From an uncultured Actinomycetes bacterium (GTDB taxonomy: Bacteria > SZUA-79 > Acidulodesulfobacterales > Acidulodesulfobacteraceae): a stretch of 64,000 bases of DNA. The stretch covers positions 26,092-90,091 of the forward strand of contig CAZVZU010000007.1 in assembly GCA_964631685.1 (NCBI GenBank), read 5' to 3'. Within the stretch, counting starts at the first letter, position 1, and the number at the start of each line of letters is the position of its first letter. The translations under genes were made by a program, and so were the position numbers. Below are positions 10,586 through 21,139 of this stretch, piece after piece. Below the pieces are notes generated by a model. That model had not been told where the DNA came from and did not search any database. It saw only the letters and a program-made list of their open reading frames with translations.

Positions 10586-11698
10586 ATGAGTAATCTAAAT
10601 AAAGAGAAAGCCCTGCTTATGTTAGATACGGGGAAATATTACGAGGGGTACTACGAGGGCAAGGTAATAGAATCCGGTGGCGAGATAGTTTTTAATACCG
10701 CTATGAACGGTTACCAAGAATTAATTACCGATCCTTCGTATAATGGGCAGGTTGTTCTTATGACCTATCCTATGATTGGTAATTACGGTATAAACGATAC
10801 GGATTGTGAATCGGAAAGGGTATGGGTATCGGGTCTTGTAACAAAAAATTATGTCGAGGAATTTTCCCACTTCAGTGCCTCAAAAAGTCTGTCTGAATTT
10901 ATCAATGCTCACGGTTTTCCGCTTATTTCGGGGATCGATACAAGATACTTAGCGATAAATCTAAGGAAGGAGGGTTCGATCAATGTGTATATTGCCCCGA
11001 AAGAATCAGGGATTACATGTATCAGGAGTAAACTTGCCCGTTTACCGAGGATGGAGGGCTTAAACCTTGTAAAAAATGTTTCTACTACCAAAGTTTACGC
11101 TAAAATGGTTGAATCTGCCGAGTTTAACGTAACAATAATAGATTATGGCGTTAAGCGCAATACCATAAGATGCTTAAATGCTTTAAATGCAAATGTGACG
11201 GTTGTTCCCCATGTATTTTCCAAACAAGAGATACTTAAAACCAAACCGGACGGAATTATTCTATCGAATGGACCGGGTGACCCTAAAACTATGAAAGCAG
11301 AAATAGAAATATTAAAGAGTTTGCTAGGCGAAAAACCAATTTTCGGAATATGCTTAGGGCACCAATTGTTGGCTTTATCGTTTGGACTTGATACATATAA
11401 GCTTAAATTCGGACATCACGGAATAAATCATCCCGTTAAAAACCTTAAAACCTCAAATGTAGAGATAACTTCTCAGAATCACGGTTTTTGCGTCAGCTTA
11501 TCAAGCGCTACCAATTATATATCAAAAGACACAAAATTAACGCACGTAAGCCTAAACGATAATACAGTTGAAGGTATCAAAAATGTGCCCTTAAAGGCGT
11601 TTTCAGTTCAATATCATCCTGAAAGCTCTCCCGGACCGAGGGATTCTAGATATCTTTTTTCAGAGTTTAAAGAGTTATGTTTGAGTAATAAAAAATAA
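10586..11698 (+). CDS. carA: Carbamoyl-phosphate synthase small (glutaminase) subunit
   Basis: GNYGIN, the class I amidotransferase triad region GICLGHQLL, and QYHPESSPGP. Confidence 0.95.
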   Translation: MSNLNKEKALLMLDTGKYYEGYYEGKVIESGGEIVFNTAMNGYQELITDPSYNGQVVLMTYPMIGNYGINDTDCESERVWVSGLVTKNYVEEFSHFSASKSLSEFINAHGFPLISGIDTRYLAINLRKEGSINVYIAPKESGITCIRSKLARLPRMEGLNLVKNVSTTKVYAKMVESAEFNVTIIDYGVKRNTIRCLNALNANVTVVPHVFSKQEILKTKPDGIILSNGPGDPKTMKAEIEILKSLLGEKPIFGICLGHQLLALSFGLDTYKLKFGHHGINHPVKNLKTSNVEITSQNHGFCVSLSSATNYISKDTKLTHVSLNDNTVEGIKNVPLKAFSVQYHPESSPGPRDSRYLFSEFKELCLSNKK

Positions 11699-11738
11699 TT
11701 TTTAATTGTTCCGGGCAGTTTGGTGAAAATTTACACAA

Positions 11739-12680
11739 ATGAAACTAAAGTCAGCGTATTCATTACCGGCATACTCGGCTCTTTCCGATAAGGAATTTTC
11801 GGAGAAGATTGATGGGCTTTATGATTTGATGCGCCCATGCGAACTTTGTCCCAGAAGGTGCAGGGCAGATAGGATGGGCGGAGAAAAGGGCTTGTGTGGT
11901 GCAGGGGATAAATTAAGGATCGCAAGTATTAACCTTCACTTTGGGGAAGAGCCTCCTGTATCCGGCATAACCGGTTCAGGGGCAATATTTTTTAGCGGAT
12001 GTCCACTAAAGTGTAAATTTTGCCAGAATTATCCGATTAGCAGATATTGCATCGGAAATTTATATGACACAAAAGAGCTTGCGGAGGGCATGTTCAAGCT
12101 CCAGGAAAAAGGTGCCTGCAACATTAATTTAGTTTCATCTTCTCATTTTATGCCATTTGTTGCGGAGTCTATATTTTTATCAAAAAAGATGGGGCTTTCT
12201 ATCCCGATAGTTTATAACAGTTCAGGATATGAGTCTGAAACATTACTTGATTTATTAAATGAGATTGTTGATATATATCTTCCTGATATTAAATATTCAA
12301 GTAATAAAGATGCGCTAAGATATTCGGGGGTTAAGGATTATGTCGAGGTAAACAAATTGGCCCTAAGGAATATGTATAATCAGGTTAAGGAACTTGTTGT
12401 TAATGAGCAGGGTGTTGCTGTTTCTGGTCTTATGATCAGACACCTTGCGTTACCTGCCGGAATAAGCGGATATAAGGATTCTTTTAAATTTATCGCAGAA
12501 GAGCTTGGCGAAGATATTCCCGTGAGCCTTATGAAGCAATATTTTCCGGCGTACAAGGCGATCTATAATTCAAATATCAATAGAAAAATAACCGATGAGG
12601 AGTACGCGGAAGCTATTTTAGATATGACGAATGCAAATTTAACGGGATATTTTCAGGAGGACAGTTCTTTAATATTTTAA
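11739..12680 (+). CDS. Radical SAM protein, PflX-like (pyruvate formate-lyase activase homologue, COG1313-like)
   Basis: [10 protein letters not shown] CxxxCxxC radical SAM motif, plus an N-terminal extra Cys cluster [12 protein letters not shown]...GLCG. Confidence 0.8.
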   Translation: MKLKSAYSLPAYSALSDKEFSEKIDGLYDLMRPCELCPRRCRADRMGGEKGLCGAGDKLRIASINLHFGEEPPVSGITGSGAIFFSGCPLKCKFCQNYPISRYCIGNLYDTKELAEGMFKLQEKGACNINLVSSSHFMPFVAESIFLSKKMGLSIPIVYNSSGYESETLLDLLNEIVDIYLPDIKYSSNKDALRYSGVKDYVEVNKLALRNMYNQVKELVVNEQGVAVSGLMIRHLALPAGISGYKDSFKFIAEELGEDIPVSLMKQYFPAYKAIYNSNINRKITDEEYAEAILDMTNANLTGYFQEDSSLIF

Positions 12681-12708
12681 CCAAAAAATTGAATTATTTA
12701 ATAAAATT

Positions 12709-15700
12709 ATGCCTAAAAGAAGTGATATAAAGAAAATTTTAGTGATAGGCTCCGGTCCTATCGTGATAGGGCAGGCGGCGGAATTTGATTATTCCGGTAC
12801 GCAGGGGGCGAAAGCCTTACTAGAGGAAGGCTATGAGGTTATACTTGTAAATTCCAATCCGGCGACCATAATGACTGATCCCGACTACGCGAGCAAAACC
12901 TATATTGAGCCATTAACAAGGAAATTTCTTGCAAAAATTATAGAAAAAGAAAGGCCAGATAGTATATTACCTACACTTGGCGGGCAGACTGCCCTTAACT
13001 TAACGCTAGAACTGCACGAAGACGGAGTTTTACAACAGTATGGATTAAAAATTTTAGGCGCAAGTGTTGATGCTATCAGAAAATCAGAAGATAGAAGATA
13101 TTTTAAGAAAAGTATGGAAGCAATAGGGGTGCCCGTTTTAGAAGGTGATTTTGCCGCCGGAATGGATGATGCCTATGATGTTCAAAAAGGCATTGGCTTC
13201 CCTATAATTATAAGACCATCTTTTACACTTGGAGGAACAGGTGGAAGCATTGCGTATAATATAGAAGAGTTTGCGGAGTTTGCATTAAATGGAATAAAGG
13301 CAAGTCCCGTTGGCGAGATATTAATTGAGAAGTCGGTTATAGGGTATAAAGAGGTTGAGCTTGAGGTTATGACGGATAAGAATAGAAATACTATAATCAT
13401 ATGTTCTATAGAAAATTTTGATCCTATGGGTATCCATACGGGGGACTCTATTACCGTTGCACCGGTCCAAACCTTAAACGATAATGATTTGCAGAAACTC
13501 CGCGATTATTCTGTGAAGATTATGCGGGAGATAGGGGTCGAAACAGGGGGTTCTAATATTCAATTTGCCCTTGATCCTAATTCCGATAAAGTGTATGTCA
13601 TAGAGATGAATCCCAGGGTTTCGAGAAGCTCAAGTTTGGCGTCAAAGGCGACCGGATTTGCAATAGCTAAGATTGCGGCAAAGTTAGCGGTGGGCTATAC
13701 TTTGGATGAAATTACCAATGATATTACAAAGAAGACACTTGCATGTTTTGAACCGTCAATAGACTATGTTGTTACGAAAATGCCCCGTTTTACATTTGAA
13801 AAGTTTCCTCAAACCGATAATATCTTGACGACTCACATGAAGTCGGTTGGTGAGGTCATGGCAATAGGTGGGACATTTATAAGCTCACTTCAAAAAGCTT
13901 CTAGGTCGCTAGAAAATGGTAATTACGGGATTGAATCTCTTTACGGATTAGATTTATTATCTTGCAGTGATGTTGCTAAGAAACAGGATGTGGATGTAAT
14001 CAAAGAGGAAATAAAGCATCTAATAAAGAATAGCGATTACAAGAGGCTCTTTTTGATAGCCGATGCCATTAGGATAAACCTCACCATTAATGAGATTCAT
14101 GAACTGTCCAAAATAGATAAATGGTTTTTAAACCAGATTAAACTTATCATAGAACTTGAAAGAAGTCTTTTTTCTATTCAAGATATAAGGGATAATATCC
14201 CGCTTCTTAGAGAAGCCAAAGAATTTGGATTCTCTAACTGGATTATCGCAAAGTTAACCGCAAAATGCAAAGACGGAAGGCATATTTCCCCCGAAGATTA
14301 TTTAAAAAAAGATGGGAAAACGATATCCTTAATTAAGGAAGTCGAGATGCAGGTATTCGATACTTGTGAGAAAAATAATATACTAAGGGTTTACAAAAAA
14401 GTAGATACATGCGCTGCCGAATTTGAGGCTGCTACGCCCTATATGTATTCATCTTATGATAAGTTTAACGAGGTTGAGCCGTTAGAGGGTAAAAAGGTGG
14501 TTATTTTAGGGAGCGGTCCAAATAGAATAGGGCAGGGGATAGAATTTGACTATTGTTGCGTTCACTGCGCTTTGGCTCTGGAGGAAAGCGGTTATTCTTC
14601 AATAATGGTTAATTGCAATCCCGAAACTGTTTCAACGGACTATGATACATCATCAAGATTGTATTTTGAGCCGTTAACGGCGGAAAATGTTATGAGTATT
14701 GAATCTGCAGAAGATAATCCGCCGGTTATATTACAATTTGGCGGGCAAACGCCTCTTAAGTTAGCCAAAGAATTTGACTCAATAGGTATCAAAATACTTG
14801 GGACTCCCTTTAAATATATAGATATGGCAGAAGATAGAGAGAAGTTTAAGGAAATAATTAAGGCTTTAAACCTGTCTCAGCCGAATAGTTCTATGGCATT
14901 TAACGAGGAGGATGTTTATAAAAATTCTACCCTAATCGGGTTTCCAGTTCTACTCAGGCCATCTTATGTTTTGGGCGGTAGAGCTATGGAAGTTATCCAT
15001 AATAAGGATAATCTGCGTAAATATATCGAAAAGATATCTAAGCAAGATATTTCTTTTCCTATTCTGATAGATAAATTTTTAGAAGATGCTATCGAGGTAG
15101 ATGTTGATGCTCTAAGCGACTCTAAATCCGTTTATATTGCTGGAATAATGGAACATATAGAGGAAGCTGGCGTTCATTCGGGGGACAGTGCGTGTTCATT
15201 GCCGGCATTTTCTTTGGATAGTGGTACTATCGAAAGGATAAAAGATATAACGGAAACGATTTGTCTTGAATTTAAAATTATGGGGCTTATTAATATTCAA
15301 TATGCTGTCAAAAACAATGATATTTATATTATAGAGGTTAATCCAAGGGCATCAAGGACTATACCGTTTGTTGGCAAGGCGACAGGCGTTCCGGTTGCTA
15401 AGCTTGCTACCAAAATTCTTTTGGGGGAAAAGCTTGATTCGTTCGGGCTCGGCAGGTCGTTTAACATAGATTATTACTGCGTTAAAGAGGCTGTATTTCC
15501 ATTTTCTAAATTCTCTAATGTTGACCCCGTGCTTGGGCCGGAAATGCGTTCTACAGGCGAGGTAATGGGAATAGATAAAAGTTTCGGAATGGCCTATGCT
15601 AAATCTCAAATAGCCGCCGGGCAAAATCTTCCGTTATCGGGCACCGTTTTAATAAGCGTTAAGGATGAGGATAAAAAATATTTAAGAGATATTTCAATGC

Positions 15701-16038
15701 CCTTGATAGATATGGGTTTTAATATATTTGCCACTAAGGGGACGTCGGAGTATTTAGATAGATTAAATATTAAAAATAAAAAAATAAATAAGGTAAAAGA
15801 GGGCAGACCGCACATAATTGACGCTCTTAAGAATAAGGAAATTGCAATGATTTTCAATACGCCAAGAGGGATGAAATCCTTGGAGGATTCATATATAATA
15901 AGAAGAAGTGCCATAGAGTTTTCCTTGCCTTATTGTACGACAATTAGGGGCGCTGTTGCTTCATGTTTGGCAATAAAGGCATTAAGGGAGCAAGACCTGT
16001 CAGTTACGGCGTTGCAGGATTACTATAAAGACATATAA
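12709..16038 (+). CDS. carB: Carbamoyl-phosphate synthase large subunit
   Basis: Duplicated ATP-grasp halves ([23 protein letters not shown] and [23 protein letters not shown]), with an MGS-like C-terminal domain. Confidence 0.97.
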   Translation: MPKRSDIKKILVIGSGPIVIGQAAEFDYSGTQGAKALLEEGYEVILVNSNPATIMTDPDYASKTYIEPLTRKFLAKIIEKERPDSILPTLGGQTALNLTLELHEDGVLQQYGLKILGASVDAIRKSEDRRYFKKSMEAIGVPVLEGDFAAGMDDAYDVQKGIGFPIIIRPSFTLGGTGGSIAYNIEEFAEFALNGIKASPVGEILIEKSVIGYKEVELEVMTDKNRNTIIICSIENFDPMGIHTGDSITVAPVQTLNDNDLQKLRDYSVKIMREIGVETGGSNIQFALDPNSDKVYVIEMNPRVSRSSSLASKATGFAIAKIAAKLAVGYTLDEITNDITKKTLACFEPSIDYVVTKMPRFTFEKFPQTDNILTTHMKSVGEVMAIGGTFISSLQKASRSLENGNYGIESLYGLDLLSCSDVAKKQDVDVIKEEIKHLIKNSDYKRLFLIADAIRINLTINEIHELSKIDKWFLNQIKLIIELERSLFSIQDIRDNIPLLREAKEFGFSNWIIAKLTAKCKDGRHISPEDYLKKDGKTISLIKEVEMQVFDTCEKNNILRVYKKVDTCAAEFEAATPYMYSSYDKFNEVEPLEGKKVVILGSGPNRIGQGIEFDYCCVHCALALEESGYSSIMVNCNPETVSTDYDTSSRLYFEPLTAENVMSIESAEDNPPVILQFGGQTPLKLAKEFDSIGIKILGTPFKYIDMAEDREKFKEIIKALNLSQPNSSMAFNEEDVYKNSTLIGFPVLLRPSYVLGGRAMEVIHNKDNLRKYIEKISKQDISFPILIDKFLEDAIEVDVDALSDSKSVYIAGIMEHIEEAGVHSGDSACSLPAFSLDSGTIERIKDITETICLEFKIMGLINIQYAVKNNDIYIIEVNPRASRTIPFVGKATGVPVAKLATKILLGEKLDSFGLGRSFNIDYYCVKEAVFPFSKFSNVDPVLGPEMRSTGEVMGIDKSFGMAYAKSQIAAGQNLPLSGTVLISVKDEDKKYLRDISMPLIDMGFNIFATKGTSEYLDRLNIKNKKINKVKEGRPHIIDALKNKEIAMIFNTPRGMKSLEDSYIIRRSAIEFSLPYCTTIRGAVASCLAIKALREQDLSVTALQDYYKDI

Positions 16039-16056
16039 TGTAGGAGGTGAATAGCA

Positions 16057-16542
16057 TTGTCAATGATAGATAAATCTTTTCCGATCACAAAGGAAGGTTA
16101 TAGTAATATCGTTAAAGAGTTAAAACGACTAAAATCGGTGGAAAGGCCGGCTAATATTAAGGCGATAGAAGAGGCCATAGCTCACGGAGACTTATCCGAG
16201 AATGCGGAGTATCACGCCGCAAAGGAAAAACAAAGTTTCCTTGCAGGAAAGATATTGGAATTAGAGGATAAAATAGCAAGGGCAAATGTTGTGGATACAT
16301 CTAAAATTTGCGAGGAAAAGGTTGTTTTTGGCGCATTTGTAAGATTGTTTGATTTAGACACCGGCAAGGAGGTAGAGTATCGAATTGTCGGAGATACCGA
16401 ATCTGATATAAAAAAATGCAAGATTTCGCTTAGCTCTCCTATTGCCAGGGCATTAATAGGCAGATGTGTGGGGGATGAGGTAGTTATAAATGTTCCTAAG
16501 GGTGTCAAGGAATTTGAAATTCTTGACATTAGGTACAGTTAA
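16057..16542 (+). CDS. greA: Transcription elongation factor GreA
   Basis: GDLSENAEYHAAKE motif, and the C-terminal domain ISLSSPIARALIG. TTG start lies 9 nt after GGAGG; ATG 16063 is an alternative. Confidence 0.9.
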   Translation: MSMIDKSFPITKEGYSNIVKELKRLKSVERPANIKAIEEAIAHGDLSENAEYHAAKEKQSFLAGKILELEDKIARANVVDTSKICEEKVVFGAFVRLFDLDTGKEVEYRIVGDTESDIKKCKISLSSPIARALIGRCVGDEVVINVPKGVKEFEILDIRYS

Positions 16543-16616
16543 TGGTAGCATGTATATGCTACGTGATGGTTTAGTGAAAAATTAAATACTGTGTATTCGT
16601 ATATACAAGGGAGGGT

Positions 16617-16853
16617 TTGATAATGGCTTTAGATCGAGATCAAGTATTAAAGGTGTTAGATGAGATTAGGCCGTCTTTGCAATTTGACGGAGGAGATGTT
16701 GAGTTGGTAGATATTTTGGACGATGGAACTATTAATGTCAGGCTCAAGGGTGCCTGCGCCGGTTGCATGGGTTCCATAATGACATTAAAGGGCGGAATCG
16801 AGCGCTTGCTTAAAGAGCGTATACCTGAGGTGAAAGAGGTTAACGCGGTCTAA
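16617..16853 (+). CDS. NifU C-terminal-domain (Nfu-type) Fe-S cluster scaffold/carrier protein
   Basis: 78 aa with DGGDVELVDI and GACAGCMGS (CxxC), typical of the NifU-like domain. Confidence 0.85.
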   Translation: MIMALDRDQVLKVLDEIRPSLQFDGGDVELVDILDDGTINVRLKGACAGCMGSIMTLKGGIERLLKERIPEVKEVNAV

Positions 16854-16885
16854 GTTTGTGCCGCTTTTATTTTGATTATATATTA

Positions 16886-16915
16886 GGCCCGCCTGTAAGG
16901 TGGGCTTTTTGTTTT
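16886..16915. terminator. Rho-independent terminator between convergent nfu-like and alr genes
   Basis: GGCCCGCC-TGTAA-GGTGGGC hairpin followed by TTTTTGTTTT. Confidence 0.65.
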
Positions 16916-18036
16916 CAGGATGTGTATGTTTTTGTATTGGATTTTCCTAAGTTGAGGCATATTTCATACGGAATCGTTTGGGCTTTTAATGCTATTTCTT
17001 TTAAATCAATACTGTTTGTAAGTCCTTTTCCCACAATTATGGCCTCATCGCCTACTTTTACACCGCTTATTTTTGTTATATCCACAACCGTCATATTCAT
17101 CGTCACCCTGCCCAAAATGTCTGCGAATTGGTCCCTTATTAAAACCCTACCGATGTTGGATAGTAGTCTAGGTATGCCGTTATCGTAACCGGCGGCTATA
17201 GTAGCTGTTAGCATGTTGCAAGGAGACTTAAATGTGTTATCGTAAGATATAAATGTTCCTTTTTTTATCTTACGAATCTGTATGATCTTAGATTTCAATG
17301 TCATTAACTGTTTAAGATTTAAATTTGGATAGCTTTCCGAATTTGGATTTATACCGTAAAGCGATACCCCTGGTCTTACAGTATTGGAGAAATCGGTTGT
17401 TATTTTATTATTTAAGAGTGCAGAGCTTGCGCTTATATGGACGTAGCGAGGCGCAATATTCATCTTTTTAAATTTTGTTAATGTATTTTTATAATTTTTG
17501 AGCTGAAAATCTGTATATTCGATATCATTTCCAGCAGATGATAAGTGGCTAAAAAAACCTTCCATATTGAGGCAATGTTTATTTTCTTTTATAATTTCTA
17601 TCGCTTTGTCCACATCCGAATCGTTAAGCCCTAGCCTATTCATTCCGGAATTATACTGTATATGTAAGTTCACAGGTGTTCTAACCTCTTTTACTTTATT
17701 TAAGAGTATTTTAAGGTAGTCCAAACTAAAGACGGCAATACTTAAATCCATGTCGCATGCTTCTTTTATATCATGATCATGAATGCCCGTTAGCATTAAA
17801 AGCTTTGCGCAAGGGTGGTTTTTGTGAATAGTAAATGCCTCTTCCATATGGATGATTCCAAAAAAGTTTATGCCGTTTTCAATAAGCGTATTGGCAGTAT
17901 GAACAATTCCATGACCATATGCATCGGATTTTAGGATTGCAATTATGGTTTTGGTTTTGGCTAACCTGAGTGATTTTATTTGATATATATTGTGTTTTAA
18001 ATTTTTTAGATTTATGAAAAGTGAGGTATCGCTCAT
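16915..18036 (-). CDS. alr: Alanine racemase
   Basis: PLP-lysine motif AILKSDAYGHG, about 370 aa, and the C-terminal beta domain YEICLNLGK. Confidence 0.9.
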   Translation of the reverse strand: MSDTSLFINLKNLKHNIYQIKSLRLAKTKTIIAILKSDAYGHGIVHTANTLIENGINFFGIIHMEEAFTIHKNHPCAKLLMLTGIHDHDIKEACDMDLSIAVFSLDYLKILLNKVKEVRTPVNLHIQYNSGMNRLGLNDSDVDKAIEIIKENKHCLNMEGFFSHLSSAGNDIEYTDFQLKNYKNTLTKFKKMNIAPRYVHISASSALLNNKITTDFSNTVRPGVSLYGINPNSESYPNLNLKQLMTLKSKIIQIRKIKKGTFISYDNTFKSPCNMLTATIAAGYDNGIPRLLSNIGRVLIRDQFADILGRVTMNMTVVDITKISGVKVGDEAIIVGKGLTNSIDLKEIALKAQTIPYEICLNLGKSNTKTYTS

Positions 18037-18191
18037 AAGAATTTTAATATCCTATTTTTAGTTAGTTTAAGTTGACTATGTATGAATTATATAAAAATCT
18101 TTATAAATAAACAATCTTATGTTAAAATCTACGGTGTTACAGTGTCGTAGCAATGATATAATCTTAGTTTAATTACACAACAGAGGACAAA

Positions 18192-19595
18192 ATGGATATA
18201 GAAAATATGAATTTCAACAGCATTATTGCAAATGCAAAAGTAAATGAAGAAGACTTTGTGGATATATTTATAGAATCTAAGGCATCTACCTTGCTGTCAA
18301 ACGAGGGGAAGAGGCTTGAAAAAGCAATCAGCGGAATAATTCAAGGGGCAGGTCTTCGGCTTATTTCAAACAAAAAGACATATTATGCTTATACAAATAA
18401 TTTAAATGAGAAAAATCTCATACAAATCGCAAAAAATTTAAAAAAAGCTGCATATAGTAATAGAAAAAATATGGATGAAATTGCCCCCTTAAACTTTAAC
18501 GAGAAACACTCAAGGGTAGATTTTCAAATCATTAGGGATGTAACTAGTGTTCCGATAGAAGAAAAATTGAAAAAGGTAGAGCCTGCCGTTAAATTTTCAT
18601 GGGATTTCGATAAAAGGGTTGTCCAGGTAAATGTTACCTATGTAGATTATAAGCAAGATGTAGTGATAGTAAATTCACTTGGAGATTTCGTAAGGGATTA
18701 TAGAGAGAATTTAGTATTTTTAACGCAGGTTGTAGTATCTAACGAAAAAAAGGTAGAGGTCGGATATGATGTATCGGGGGGATTTGTAGGTTTTGAGTTT
18801 TTCGATGATGTTGCAGTGGAAGATATTGCGAAAAGGGCTTTAGAGCGTGCGTTGACCCAGCTTGATGCGCCATTTGCGCCATCAGGAACCATGCCTGTGG
18901 TATTATCTAGTGAAGCTGGTGGAACGATGATACACGAGGCTATTGGCCACGGATTGGAAGCAGATATTGCCGGGAGTGGTTTGAGCGTTTATTCCGGCAA
19001 GATCGGAGAGCAGGTAACATCAAAATTAATAACAGTCATAGATGACTCTTCTTTAGCCGGCAAACGGGGTTTTTACAGATTTGATGACGAGGGAACGTTC
19101 TCAGATAAAAATATACTCGTGAAGGACGGTGTGTTAAAAAAATATATGACCGATAGGTTATCCAATATTAAATACGGGTATGAACTCACCGGAAACGGCA
19201 GGAGACAGTCTTACGAGAACTATCCTATAGTCAGAATGTCCAATACTATGATAGCATCTGGCAATTCTCTACCGGAAGATATTATAAAAAGTGTCGATGA
19301 TGGTCTTTTCGTGAAAAAGATGGGCGGAGGACAAGTTAATACGGTTACGGGAGATTTTGTGTTTGATGTTACGGAAGGATATGCCATAAAAAATGGGAAA
19401 CTATGCAATGCGGTTAGCGGTGCGACTCTTATGGGAAATGGACCTAAGGTTTTGGAAAACATAGATATGGTGGGTAATGATTTAGGATTTGGTATCGGAA
19501 CATGCGGTAAGGATGGGCAAGGTGTTCCTGTAGCGGATGCCCAACCGACACTGAGAATTCCGTCGATCGTTGTTGGCGGAAAAAGCAACGGGTAG
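18192..19595 (+). CDS. tldD: TldD family metalloprotease
   Basis: HEAIGHGLEAD zinc motif and a Gly-rich C-terminal domain (GGQVNTVTGDF). Confidence 0.88.
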   Translation: MDIENMNFNSIIANAKVNEEDFVDIFIESKASTLLSNEGKRLEKAISGIIQGAGLRLISNKKTYYAYTNNLNEKNLIQIAKNLKKAAYSNRKNMDEIAPLNFNEKHSRVDFQIIRDVTSVPIEEKLKKVEPAVKFSWDFDKRVVQVNVTYVDYKQDVVIVNSLGDFVRDYRENLVFLTQVVVSNEKKVEVGYDVSGGFVGFEFFDDVAVEDIAKRALERALTQLDAPFAPSGTMPVVLSSEAGGTMIHEAIGHGLEADIAGSGLSVYSGKIGEQVTSKLITVIDDSSLAGKRGFYRFDDEGTFSDKNILVKDGVLKKYMTDRLSNIKYGYELTGNGRRQSYENYPIVRMSNTMIASGNSLPEDIIKSVDDGLFVKKMGGGQVNTVTGDFVFDVTEGYAIKNGKLCNAVSGATLMGNGPKVLENIDMVGNDLGFGIGTCGKDGQGVPVADAQPTLRIPSIVVGGKSNG

Positions 19596-19657
19596 CCAGT
19601 TTGGAACCCAAATTACACAGATGATTTTTGATTTATTTATAATGGGGATTTCTATGC

Positions 19658-21049
19658 ATGGAAAGAATGAAAGATTGGAAGTCATATCAAAAGATACTTA
19701 ATAGACGGAAAAGAAAAAAAAATCATTTTATATCTTCAATAAAAGTAATTGGATTTTTAATTTTTTTTATTATTTTAATCTATGGTTTTTATAGATTTTT
19801 CTACTTTGGCAAATCATATATCCTGACTCATAGCAAGCGGTTGCGGGGAACGGGCATAAGGCATATAAGCTTTATTAATAACAAACATGAAGCGGGTCGG
19901 GTTGGTTCTAATATTTTTTTAAATACAGGGTTTTCTGTACATTCCCTAAAGACTTATTTTAAATATTATCCCCCAATTTTTAATAAGATTAGGGATGGGC
20001 ATTACATTCAAAAGATAGACGGTTACACGATTGTGTATACTATAATGCCGATAATTCAAAAAGAGGCAGAGAAAACTTTTAAAAAGTATGCCGTTCCATA
20101 TGGAATTTTAGTAGCAATAAACCCCGACACCGGTGCGATCTTGGCGCTATCGTCTCATTCACGTAATCAAGAAATAGGGAATGTAATTCCAACCCTCATC
20201 ACGTATCCCGCGGGTTCATTGACCAAGATAATAACGGCATCTGCCGCTATAGAAGCAAAGGGTTTTTATCCGGGATTCAATATTCGTTTTAACGGTGTGC
20301 TTTACGGGACCAATAAAATTTACTGGAAACAGGGCATCGACAAGGGATTACACTCAATATCCTTCAGTATGGCATTTGCGAAGTCTTGCGACATTGCCTT
20401 TGGCAAGGTAACAGGATTTTATTTGGGCAAAAGCTTGTTAGAGAAATATTTTAAAAAATTTTATTTCAACAGCGAGATACCCTTCATCTTAGATATTCGA
20501 AAAAGCGAGGCTGATATACCCAATAGATTTTACCAATTGGAACTCACCGGTGCCGGCTTTAAGAATGTAAAAATTACTCCGCTCCAAGCTGCATTAATCT
20601 CTGGCGTTATTATTAACAGAGGAAGGCTTATGAAGCCCTATATCATTGATAAGATAATAGGTCCGAATGGAAAAACCGTCTATGTCCACGGAAAAGCCAA
20701 GGTGATGGGCAGTCCAATAACGGCAAAAACCGCCTCCGTTTTAAGGCAAATGATGGTAAAAACCATCACAAAGGGCGTAGGCCATCCTGATTTTTACAAT
20801 GTGCTCGATAAATATATGCTCCCGGGCATTACAGTAGGCGGCAAAACAGGGACCATTTCCGGCAATAGTCCTGCGGGCCTATATCAATGGTTTACGGGAT
20901 TTGGCGAGATCGGAGGCAAAAAAATTGCCGTCTCATCCCTTGTAGTAGAAAATCCCACATGGAAAATAACGGGTGGAGGGGTTGCAGAAAAGATCATTTT
21001 TGCATACTTTTATAAGCATAATGGGTTAAAGGTTGCGGCCTCTAGTTGA
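19658..21049 (+). CDS. Penicillin-binding protein, transpeptidase domain (short class B-like)
   Basis: N-terminal TM, SxxK (GSLTK) and KTG (GGKTGT). The middle motif reads SCD rather than the usual SxN. Confidence 0.78.
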   Translation: MERMKDWKSYQKILNRRKRKKNHFISSIKVIGFLIFFIILIYGFYRFFYFGKSYILTHSKRLRGTGIRHISFINNKHEAGRVGSNIFLNTGFSVHSLKTYFKYYPPIFNKIRDGHYIQKIDGYTIVYTIMPIIQKEAEKTFKKYAVPYGILVAINPDTGAILALSSHSRNQEIGNVIPTLITYPAGSLTKIITASAAIEAKGFYPGFNIRFNGVLYGTNKIYWKQGIDKGLHSISFSMAFAKSCDIAFGKVTGFYLGKSLLEKYFKKFYFNSEIPFILDIRKSEADIPNRFYQLELTGAGFKNVKITPLQAALISGVIINRGRLMKPYIIDKIIGPNGKTVYVHGKAKVMGSPITAKTASVLRQMMVKTITKGVGHPDFYNVLDKYMLPGITVGGKTGTISGNSPAGLYQWFTGFGEIGGKKIAVSSLVVENPTWKITGGGVAEKIIFAYFYKHNGLKVAASS

Positions 21050-21139
21050 ATCTTGATATACCGATTCATATACATATGCTACCTTAATTTTAATACTTAA
21101 GTTAGTCTTTTTGACGCAACCGGTCCTTGGTTTTATGCC

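Noticed and set aside
16545-16562. A GTAGCAT-GTAT-ATGCTAC hairpin after greA could be a terminator.
   Set aside because: The stem is only 7 bp and no U-tract follows, so the evidence is too weak to call a terminator.
16856-17188. A 110-aa plus-strand ORF, together with the other 60-140-aa ORFs in the track that lie antisense or out of frame inside carB, pyrC, tldD, the P-type ATPase, the phosphomutase, groEL, aspS and others.
   Set aside because: All are nested within well-supported conserved genes on the opposite strand or in another frame. They have skewed low-complexity composition and no RBS.
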